Assembly: GCA_050258715.1 (NCBI GenBank) | Contig: JBLMZH010000016.1 | Coordinates: 1-52,504, forward strand | Origin: Acidobacteriaceae bacterium | Lineage (GTDB): Bacteria > Patescibacteriota > Doudnabacteria > UBA920 > O2-02-FULL-48-8 | Length of the DNA stretch: 52,504 nt | Reading direction: 5' to 3' | Shown here: in pieces, positions 16,076 to 23,057 of the stretch | Layout: each line of letters opens with the position of its first letter | How positions within the stretch are numbered: the stretch's first letter is position 1 | Position numbers and translations under genes: made by a program | Notes under the pieces: model-generated | What the model saw: the letters and a program-made list of their open reading frames with translations, nothing else | Told to the model about the DNA's origin: nothing | The model's database searches: none

Positions 16076-19000
16076 GTCCTGGTGATGGTTATCGAGATCG
16101 AAGAACCGTCAATTTGAACCGGTTCCGCCTCGGTTTTTTCCTTGCTGACCTTATGGACAAAGGTCTTTTCTTTGTCGAATAAAGCCATGGCCAGACTTAA
16201 GTTTTGGTCAGCTGTATCATATGACAAATTAACGGTTTCGCCAACCTTTAGCCCGGTTTTCTTGCGCAAATCCTGCACCAGTCGCTCGAGTTCGCGCGCC
16301 AATCCTTCGACTTTAAGTTCGTCGGTAATGGAAACGTCGAGGCTGACGGATTCAGCCCCGCCCTTGCCTGAGAATTCCAAAGTTTTGACATTGACCTCGT
16401 CGGAGACGACCGCTTCCAATTCTTGGGGCAAAGCGGATCCGGATAAAGTTTTGTACGACAGTTTGCTTAACGGCTGCCTGACCTTAATAGCCGCGGCCTT
16501 GCGCTGAGCGTGCGTTTGCTCCACGATCTTCTGGGCCAGTTCCATATCCGAAAGAAGTTTCAGCTCGTCCGAAGAAAGTTCCCTTGTCTTAGGCCACGAA
16601 CTTAAGTGCACCGATTCCTCATCGGTTTGCTTTCGAAGCTCTTGCCAGATCGTTTCCGACAGGAAGGGAAGGAAGGGCGCAATCAGCTGCGACAAAGTTT
16701 TCAGCACTTGATAGAGAGTCTGGTAAACGGCCGGGCCTTTGGTCGTCCTTGAACGCCTGACATACCACGTGGACAGCTCGAGAATAAACTGTTCGATCGC
16801 CCGGCTGGCCTTAAAGACGTCGAAGGAATCGAGGCTTTCCGTGACCAAATTCGTCAGCTGCTGAAGCCTCAAGAGAATCCATTCGTCCATGACCGACCCT
16901 TTTTCCTTTTTGGAGTCTTGGGTCCAGTTGTCGAAGTTGGCATAGGTCGCAAAGAAGCTTAAAACGTTCCAAAGGGTCAGGAAATATTTTCGGACGATCA
17001 AATCCAAATCCTTGATCGCAAAAAGTTTCGAGTCACCGGGCTGGTTCACCGAGTACATGTACCAGCGCAAAGCGTCTATCCCCTGCACGTTGATGACTTT
17101 CCAGGGATCAATGACGTTGCCTTTTGACTTGCTCATCTTCTGGCCTTTTTCGTCCTGAAGATGCCCGAGGTTGATGACGTTCAAATAAGCCGGTCCTTTA
17201 TCAAGAAGGGTCGAGATCGCGAGCAGAGTGTAGAACCAGCCGCGGGTCTGATCAATGGCCTCGGAAATGAAATCTGCCGGGAACTGCTGGTTGGGCCCGT
17301 TGATCTTGTCCTGGTTTTCGAACGGATAGTGCCATTGCGCAAACGGCATGGCTCCCGAATCGAACCAGACATCGAGCACGGCCGGCACGCGCGAGGATTC
17401 GCCGCCGCACTTTTCGCACTTCAATTTGACTTCATCAATGTAAGGCCGGTGAAGGTCAGGCAGGCTCAAATAAACCTCGAAAAAGTCGCCGAAATTCGGA
17501 TAATCCCTGCCCATCTCATAATACTGCTTCAAAAGCCAAATCAAGTCGCCGTGAGTGACCACCAATACCCGTTTGTTCTTCAGCTTGCCGTTTAAATCCT
17601 TTACGAAGCTCAACGCCCGCTGCTGCAGCTGTTCATAGGTCTCGCCGCCTTGAGGTGCTATAGTCCAGCGGTCCTTTTCGGGCGAGCCCGTCATCAGTTC
17701 ATCGACCGGCCGGCCGTTGTAGATCCCCATGTTGTATTCGCGCAGCCGTTCGTCGAACGCCACGGGAACGCCAAGGATTTTGCCCACGATCTCAGCCGTG
17801 TGTTTGGTGCGCAACAAATCCGAAGCGTAGATCATGTCGATTCCGCCGCGCTCCTTAAGCTTAAGCGCCAAACCTTCCGCTTCCTTCACGCCGCGTTCCG
17901 TGAGGTCCCTCTCGACCTTCTCGGGATAATTGCTGGCAATGTTCAGTTCATTGCTTGCCGCAAAACCGTGGCGCGCGAAATAGAACAGGTTGGAGTTGAG
18001 ATTCATTTCCGCAATGCTGCCCACGATCTGGTAATTGTGGCACGAATTGCATTCCCAGATCGGGAGCGGCGTGCCCCAGTAGCGTTCGCGCGAAATCGCC
18101 CAGTCTTTGATGTCCTTGAGCCATTCGCCGAACCGGCCGCGTTTGATGTAATCCGGCACCCAATTGACCTTCTCGTTGTTGGCCAGCAACTTTTCACTGA
18201 GCTTGCTCATTCTTATAAACCACGAGTTCCGGGCGTAGTACAAAAGCGGCGTGCCGCAGCGCCAGCAGAAAGGATAGTCGTGTTCGTAGGCTTCGGTCTT
18301 TAAAAGAATATTGTGTTCTTTAAGATAATCGATGATCTTGTGTTCGGTCTTTTCGTCCTTAACAAAATCCCCGGCCAGGTCCGCGGGCACAAAATCAAAG
18401 AACCGGCCCTGTTCATTGACCGTATGAACTTTAGGCAAGCCGATCTTTTCGCCGAGCTGATAGTCTTCTTCGCCGTACATGACCGCAGTATGCACGACCC
18501 CCGTGCCGTCGGTCGTGGTCACGAAATCCGCCGGATAAACTTTGTACGATTTTTCCGACTGCAGCGGTTTGATCTCGAACAGCGGCCGGTATTCAAGTCC
18601 GACCAAAGACGAGCCCTTGAATTCTTCCAGGACTTCAAATTGATATTCGGAGATCGCAGACAGACGATCCTTGGCCAAGATCCAAATTTCGTCGCCCGAT
18701 TTGACCTTAACGTAAGTGATGTCAGCGGAGACAGCCAAAGCGATGTTGCCGGGAAGCGTCCACGGCGTGGTCGTCCAGGAAAGGATATAAGTCTTGGGTT
18801 GGTCCTTTAGTTCGAACTTGATGTAGACCGAAGTTTCCTTGACCTTCTTGTAGCCTTGAGCCACTTCGTGGGTTGAAAGCGGGGTTTCGCAGCGCGGGCA
18901 ATAGTGTACGACCTTGTGTCCAAGATAGATCAAATCCTTGTCCCAAATTTGTTTCAACAAATACCACACGGTTTCAATATAGGAATTATGGTAAGTCACG

Positions 19001-19461
19001 TAAGGGTCGTCCATGTCCACCCAAAAGCCCATGCGGTGGGTCAGCTTTTCCCATTCTTCCTTGTATTGCCAAACCGATGATTTGCATAGCCGGTTGAACT
19101 CGATGATGCTTTCCTGGACGGTCGGCTTGATGGATTCGATCTGTTTTTTGCCGGAAATGCCAAGCTGCTTTTCAACCTGCAGTTCGACCGGAAGCCCGTG
19201 CGTGTCCCAGCCAGCCTTGCGCAACACGAACTTGCCGCGCATGGTTTGAAAACGCGGAATCAGGTCCTTGAAGGCGCGCGCCTCGATGTGGTGAATGCCC
19301 GGCTTGGCATTGGCCGTGGGCGGTCCTTCAAAGAACACAAATCTCGGCTTGTCTTTTGTCGCCTTGAGCGTCTGTTTGAAGATCTGATTGTCTTCCCAAA
19401 ATTTTAAAACTTCTTCTTCTAATTTTGGAAATTCTGGTTTTGGATCGAGCGGTTTGAACAT
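16072..19461 (-). CDS. ileS: Isoleucyl-tRNA synthetase (type 2) carrying an internal histidine-phosphatase-family domain
   Basis: HIGH-type PGIHHIEARAF, editing-domain TTPWTLPGN, WGTPLPIW, DLHRPYID, KMSKS (aa 775-779). Residues about 489-665 form an inserted RHG...N / LLRT.HTAE / THG domain. Confidence 0.95.
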   Translation of the reverse strand: MFKPLDPKPEFPKLEEEVLKFWEDNQIFKQTLKATKDKPRFVFFEGPPTANAKPGIHHIEARAFKDLIPRFQTMRGKFVLRKAGWDTHGLPVELQVEKQLGISGKKQIESIKPTVQESIIEFNRLCKSSVWQYKEEWEKLTHRMGFWVDMDDPYVTYHNSYIETVWYLLKQIWDKDLIYLGHKVVHYCPRCETPLSTHEVAQGYKKVKETSVYIKFELKDQPKTYILSWTTTPWTLPGNIALAVSADITYVKVKSGDEIWILAKDRLSAISEYQFEVLEEFKGSSLVGLEYRPLFEIKPLQSEKSYKVYPADFVTTTDGTGVVHTAVMYGEEDYQLGEKIGLPKVHTVNEQGRFFDFVPADLAGDFVKDEKTEHKIIDYLKEHNILLKTEAYEHDYPFCWRCGTPLLYYARNSWFIRMSKLSEKLLANNEKVNWVPDYIKRGRFGEWLKDIKDWAISRERYWGTPLPIWECNSCHNYQIVGSIAEMNLNSNLFYFARHGFAASNELNIASNYPEKVERDLTERGVKEAEGLALKLKERGGIDMIYASDLLRTKHTAEIVGKILGVPVAFDERLREYNMGIYNGRPVDELMTGSPEKDRWTIAPQGGETYEQLQQRALSFVKDLNGKLKNKRVLVVTHGDLIWLLKQYYEMGRDYPNFGDFFEVYLSLPDLHRPYIDEVKLKCEKCGGESSRVPAVLDVWFDSGAMPFAQWHYPFENQDKINGPNQQFPADFISEAIDQTRGWFYTLLAISTLLDKGPAYLNVINLGHLQDEKGQKMSKSKGNVIDPWKVINVQGIDALRWYMYSVNQPGDSKLFAIKDLDLIVRKYFLTLWNVLSFFATYANFDNWTQDSKKEKGSVMDEWILLRLQQLTNLVTESLDSFDVFKASRAIEQFILELSTWYVRRSRTTKGPAVYQTLYQVLKTLSQLIAPFLPFLSETIWQELRKQTDEESVHLSSWPKTRELSSDELKLLSDMELAQKIVEQTHAQRKAAAIKVRQPLSKLSYKTLSGSALPQELEAVVSDEVNVKTLEFSGKGGAESVSLDVSITDELKVEGLARELERLVQDLRKKTGLKVGETVNLSYDTADQNLSLAMALFDKEKTFVHKVSKEKTEAEPVQIDGSSISITITRT

Positions 19462-19691
19462 TTTTACTATGACTTAATTTAATTATTTCTTCCAAACAAA
19501 AAAGAACCTGATCATTCGCGATCCCGCACAAGGCGGGAGGTACCATCGCGATTCCAATTGGCTCTTGATTTCCTTGTTTACGCCAAGTTACGGGCAGTTC
19601 TATCCAAGAAAGGTTCTTCTGCCAGCTGCCCCGCATTCGAAACAACAGTCAGTGGTGGGGTTCCCGGGTGATGGCCGGTCAACAGCTTTAG
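19462..19691 (-). promoter_or_regulatory. T-box riboswitch-type leader of ileS
   Basis: The minus-strand RNA contains UCGCGA-UGGUACC-UCCCGC-CUUGU-GCGGGA-UCGCGA (19516-19551). This gives helix A1, a 7-nt bulge identical to the T-box UGGNACC consensus, and helix A2. A U-run lies at 19495-19502. The context GAA-AUC-A (AUC at 19567-19569) is a candidate Ile specifier. Confidence 0.65.
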
Positions 19692-19697
19692 GGCCTA

Positions 19698-19726
19698 ATT
19701 ATACCACATTTCTACATCTCTTCCAA
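19698..19726 (-). promoter_or_regulatory. Near-consensus promoter for the ileS leader, overlapping the argS stop codon
   Basis: Minus strand TTGGAA, 17 nt, TATAAT, with TGG (extended -10) immediately upstream. Confidence 0.6.
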
Positions 19727-21397
19727 AGGAACGATGCCAAGCAATTTCAAACCGTTGCCCAAAGTTTCCTTAACGGCTTTGGTCAAAAACAATCTCATCA
19801 ATTTCTTGTCTTGATCGGTTTCGTTCAAGACCCGGCTTTCATGATAAAATTTGTTGGCCAAAGTTGCTAGATCGTAAAGATAATTGGCCAAAATGTTCGG
19901 GAAATATTCACGCACGCTCTCTTCGACCGATTCCCTAAGAGCAGCCGCCATCAAAGCTAGTTGCCGTTCGGTCTCAGTCATCTCAACTTTATCCGAAATT
20001 TTCCCGGAAGGCTGTTCCTTCCTGAGAATGCTGCTCAGCCTCGCGTGCGCATACTGCAAGTATGGGCCGGAATTCCCTTCAAAGTCCAAAACTTCTTTCC
20101 AATCAAATTCAATGTCGCTTTGCCGATTATGCGAAAGGTCAAAATATTTCAAGGCAGCAAGGGCCACGGCTTTGACAGCTTCTTTCTTGCCCTTGAGTTC
20201 CGGATTTTTCTTTTCGATTATTTCCGCCACTTTTTCCTTGGTTTGGGCAACCAAATCTTCAGCCAAAACAATATTGCCTTTTCTGGTACTGAATGCTGAA
20301 CCCTTGAAGCTCATGAATCCAAAAGTGACGTGATAAGCTTCATCCGGTTTCATCTCGCCCAGCATTTCAAGGATTGCAAACAATTGGTCAAATGCGTGGC
20401 TTTGCCGGGTATCAACGACGTAAATCTGTTTTCCAAATCCTTCCTTTTTTCTGAAAATGAAAGTTGCCAAATCGCGCAGCAAATAAGTGGTCCCGCCATC
20501 GGATTTGATGATTATGGCGATACCCAAACCTTGTTTTTCTAAATTAACGATTTGCGCACCTTGAGATTCCTGGAGCAATCCTTTCTTCTTAAGCGTCTCG
20601 ACAATAATTTTCATTTTGTCTTCATAAAAACTTTCCGGCCAGTAGTGCTCGAAGGGCAATAAATCTAACAAATCGTTTATCTTGGAAAACTTTTCCAGGC
20701 TCCAATCAACGAATTGTTTCCAAATCTTTCGGTTCTCCTTATCGCCTTCCTCAAGTTTTACGAATTCTTTTTTGGCAGCATCCCGCAATGAGGGATCCTT
20801 TTCGATCTCATCATTGGCTTTTATGTAATACTTGTTCAAAGTAGTGATCGGATTTTTTTCGATCTCCTTGTCGTTCCCCCATTTTTTGTACGCCCAAATT
20901 AAAATTCCGAACTGCGTGCCCCAGTCCCCCATGTGCGTATCCGATTCGACTTCATGTCCCAAATACTCAAGGCTCCGCCTGATGGCATCGCCGATGATCG
21001 CGGTCCTTAGATGGCCAACATGCAAAGGTTTGGCAATGTTCGGCTGGAAATATTCGACCAAAATTTTGCCTGGCAGCTTCTTAGACTTTGGCTCTCTTTC
21101 AGTCAGGCTTTCGATAATTGCCTCGTCCTTAACCTTGAAATTAATAAAGCCCGGGCCTTCAATGGTCACTTGTTTGAACAGCTTCTTATCAATTTCCCTG
21201 ACGATCTTTTCCGCCAAGGCCCGCGGATTTGTTTTTTGGCCCTTGGCCAGGATCATGGCCGCGTTGCTGGAAAAATCCCCGAACTTCGGATCAGGCCTAT
21301 CAACCACGATTTTTTGAGCCGACGCTTCGTCAATGGAAATGCCCAATTTTTGCAGGGCCTCGGCAATTGCCCCTGATATTGTTTGCTTGGTTAACAT
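19712..21397 (-). CDS. argS: Arginyl-tRNA synthetase (eukaryote-like subtype)
   Basis: PNIAKPLHVGHLRTAIIGD and GDWGTQFG motifs, C-terminal ...PLEEM. I place the start at ATG 21397 (MLTKQ..) because the longer ORF (to 21448) overlaps the upstream terminator hairpin. Confidence 0.9.
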   Translation of the reverse strand: MLTKQTISGAIAEALQKLGISIDEASAQKIVVDRPDPKFGDFSSNAAMILAKGQKTNPRALAEKIVREIDKKLFKQVTIEGPGFINFKVKDEAIIESLTEREPKSKKLPGKILVEYFQPNIAKPLHVGHLRTAIIGDAIRRSLEYLGHEVESDTHMGDWGTQFGILIWAYKKWGNDKEIEKNPITTLNKYYIKANDEIEKDPSLRDAAKKEFVKLEEGDKENRKIWKQFVDWSLEKFSKINDLLDLLPFEHYWPESFYEDKMKIIVETLKKKGLLQESQGAQIVNLEKQGLGIAIIIKSDGGTTYLLRDLATFIFRKKEGFGKQIYVVDTRQSHAFDQLFAILEMLGEMKPDEAYHVTFGFMSFKGSAFSTRKGNIVLAEDLVAQTKEKVAEIIEKKNPELKGKKEAVKAVALAALKYFDLSHNRQSDIEFDWKEVLDFEGNSGPYLQYAHARLSSILRKEQPSGKISDKVEMTETERQLALMAAALRESVEESVREYFPNILANYLYDLATLANKFYHESRVLNETDQDKKLMRLFLTKAVKETLGNGLKLLGIVPLEEM

Positions 21398-21665
21398 AAA
21401 CCAATTATATCTGATAAAATAAGCATTAGGCAAAGAAAAAGGGTCCAAACGAAGCGTTTAGACCCGACCACCTTCAAATCCTCCTGATGGAGGCAATGGA
21501 GTAACCCAAGGTGGAAGCTGTTTTTCACGTCGACAACGTGAGGCGGTATTGGGCGGCCGAAAGCAAGGACGGGCTCTTCGGACACACCTTTTTATTCGGA
21601 TAGCCTACAGACGACAAGCCTTAGGTTCCAACCCCCGCACCACGCTCTGGATTGAACTCCATTGT
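21398..21665 (-). promoter_or_regulatory. T-box-like attenuator leader of argS (tentative)
   Basis: The minus-strand RNA has AGAGCG-UGGUGCG (AG-bulge and distal-loop-like, 21632-21648). AGG lies in the 3' internal loop of a Stem-I-like helix (21619-21621). GAAGG-UGGUCGG-GUCUAAAC..GUUUGGAC-CCUUU has an A1/bulge/A2 layout, and a terminator follows. Confidence 0.45.
21431..21465 (-). terminator. Intrinsic terminator (attenuator) upstream of the argS start
   Basis: Minus strand GGGUCUAAAC-GCUUC-GUUUGGACCC followed by UUUUUCUUUG. Confidence 0.7.
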
Positions 21666-21702
21666 CTAACCAATTGTTATTAAAAATAATCAGGAAAGTC
21701 AA

Positions 21703-22155
21703 ATGCCGACATACGCCAGCAACAAAAAGGCCTTTCATGACTACTCGATCGAAGAAAGCTTCGAGGCTGGGTTAGCTTTGGCCGGGCACGAAGTCAAAAG
21801 CATCAGGGCGGGCAACGTCAGCTTAAACGGGGCTTTCGTGACTATTCGAAACGGCCAGGCTTATCTTCGGAACGGTTACATTGGCAAATACAAGCAGGCT
21901 TCAAACCTCGAAGGCTATGACGAGGCCAGGGAGCGCAAACTTCTGATTAAAAAATCGGAGCTGGAAAGACTGGCGGGCAAAACCAAAGAAAAAGGCCTGA
22001 CCTTAATCCCGCTTGAGATCTATACCAAAAGAAGCTGGATCAAGCTTAAGGTCGGCTTGGGCCGCGGCAAAAAACAATACGACAAACGCGACTCGATCAG
22101 GAAAAAGGAAGACAAACGAAAGATTGATCGGATGATCAGAACTAGAACAAAATAA
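21703..22155 (+). CDS. smpB: SsrA-binding protein SmpB
   Basis: NKKAFHDYSIEE.FEAGL.L.G.EVKS.R pattern and a basic C-terminal tail. Confidence 0.9.
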   Translation: MPTYASNKKAFHDYSIEESFEAGLALAGHEVKSIRAGNVSLNGAFVTIRNGQAYLRNGYIGKYKQASNLEGYDEARERKLLIKKSELERLAGKTKEKGLTLIPLEIYTKRSWIKLKVGLGRGKKQYDKRDSIRKKEDKRKIDRMIRTRTK

Positions 22156-22156
22156 A

Positions 22157-22182
22157 AACGGCCATTCGTGGCCGTTTTTTAT
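22157..22182. terminator. Bidirectional intrinsic terminator
   Basis: AACGGCCA-ttcg-TGGCCGTT followed by TTTT, with an A-run upstream. Confidence 0.7.
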
Positions 22183-22239
22183 ATTAAGCAATGGCTTTGG
22201 CTAGTCAAATTTACGAAACCTTGGTCAATTCTAGTAATT

Positions 22240-22491
22240 TCACGGCTTTAAGTCCAACCTAACAATCTTCTTTGTAACCGCTCCTACGAATAATCTATAA
22301 GCAGGTCTTTTCTCTTTTTCGTAGATATATTTAATACCCAATAATCTATTACATTTAGAACATACTAAATTTTTGCTGCTAAACTTACCTTGATGAATTC
22401 TATCAAGATACAAACGCTTTAAGATCCCGGGACCATCTTTTTGATAATAAACGATGTGACTACCGCATTTTTCACAAAAAATATCAAGCAG
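22240..22491 (-). CDS. Unannotated 4-Cys zinc-ribbon ORF lacking an ATG/GTG/TTG start (CTG start proposed)
   Basis: The manually translated open frame 22243-22554 reads ..FCEKCGSHIVYYQKDGPGILKRLYLDRIHQGKFSSKNLVCSKCNRLLGIKYIYEKEKRPAYRLFVGAVTKKIV... It contains CxxC...CxxC. A purine-rich AAGGGGTGG lies about 10 nt upstream of the CTG at 22491-22489. Stop at 22242-22240. Confidence 0.35.
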   Translation of the reverse strand: MLDIFCEKCGSHIVYYQKDGPGILKRLYLDRIHQGKFSSKNLVCSKCNRLLGIKYIYEKEKRPAYRLFVGAVTKKIVRLDLKP

Positions 22492-22555
22492 TCGCGAATG
22501 GCCACCCCTTGCTTTCTTGAATTTATCAGATTTAAACCGTATTAAATTATTCTTA

Positions 22556-22942
22556 TGGTGGAGCTGGGGAGAATTGCACTCCCGTCCAGAAGGCGAAGAA
22601 AAACATCACTACAAGTTTAGTCCGCTTGAATTTTTAGTCTGAGGCAATAAAAACGGACGAAAACGGCCTCAGCTTAAGCTCTTAGTTTCCGGTCAAATTC
22701 GAGCGAAAGTGACCGTAAGCCCGAAGATGACGTTTCATTCCGCGTACGGGCGTAAGCGGATGAAACGGGTAGTTACCTAAATTAGGCGACTGCCATTACA
22801 GGGGCGAACGTAAAAGCGTTCGTAATCCTGCTTACCAAAGATTTGGCATTTGTGATTTGCCTGAGCCCTTTTAGCCGGATGATCAGGCGTTGCCGGACTT
22901 GCGATATTTTCCAAAGAACTCCTGTCGAAGCTTGTCAGCCCC
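22556..22942 (-). ncRNA. ssrA: tmRNA (SsrA)
   Basis: 5' end GGGGCUGACAAGCUUCGACAGG. 3' end GGACGGGAG-UGCAAUU-CUCCC-CAGCUCC-ACCA with the G3-U70 acceptor pair. Candidate tag frame 22847-22782 encodes AKSLVSRITNAFTFAPVMAVA then stop (tentative). Confidence 0.9.
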
Positions 22943-22960
22943 ACGAGTAAAGCGGGTTAT

Positions 22961-22989
22961 ATTATACCTCCATAAAAGTTCTTTGAAAA
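22961..22989 (-). promoter_or_regulatory. Candidate promoter for ssrA
   Basis: Minus strand TTTTCA, 17 nt, TATAAT, about 19 nt upstream of the mature 5' end. Confidence 0.5.
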
Positions 22990-23006
22990 GAGTAGATCCA
23001 CGCGGC

Positions 23007-23035
23007 TTGACCAGGCCCTGAAATTTCCTTATAAT
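23007..23035 (+). promoter_or_regulatory. Near-consensus promoter of the infC-rpmI-rplT operon
   Basis: TTGACC, 17 nt, TATAAT. Confidence 0.65.
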
Positions 23036-23057
23036 TCTATTGATTTTTGGCAATATC

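Noticed and set aside
16142-19407. Numerous plus-strand ORFs (for example 17650-18303, 217 aa, and 18313-18810, 165 aa) and out-of-frame minus-strand ORFs inside ileS
   Set aside because: They lie antisense to, or out of frame with, an unambiguous 1129-aa IleRS. They are Arg/Pro/Gly-rich shadow ORFs typical of the GC-richer parts of the gene.
19601-19690. AUC in the hairpin loop CCGG-CCAUCAC-CCGG near the 5' end of the ileS leader as the T-box specifier
   Set aside because: It lies on the 5' side in a small terminal loop. That is not the 3' internal-loop context of known specifier loops. The GAA-AUC-A context at 19567-19569 fits better, though it remains uncertain.
21398-21448. N-terminal extension of argS to 21448 (MDPFSLPNAYFIRYNWF..)
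   Set aside because: The extension overlaps the attenuator terminator hairpin and U-run. The conserved ArgRS N-terminus begins at MLTKQTISG (ATG 21397).
21391-21660. The possibility that the structured region between argS and smpB is SRP RNA, RNase P RNA, 6S RNA or part of the tmRNA
   Set aside because: I found no SRP domain-IV motif (GGAAGCAGC-type), no RNase P P4 motif (GAGGAAAGUCC) and no tRNA-like ends. The real tmRNA lies at 22556-22942. A terminator directly before argS favours a cis-acting leader.
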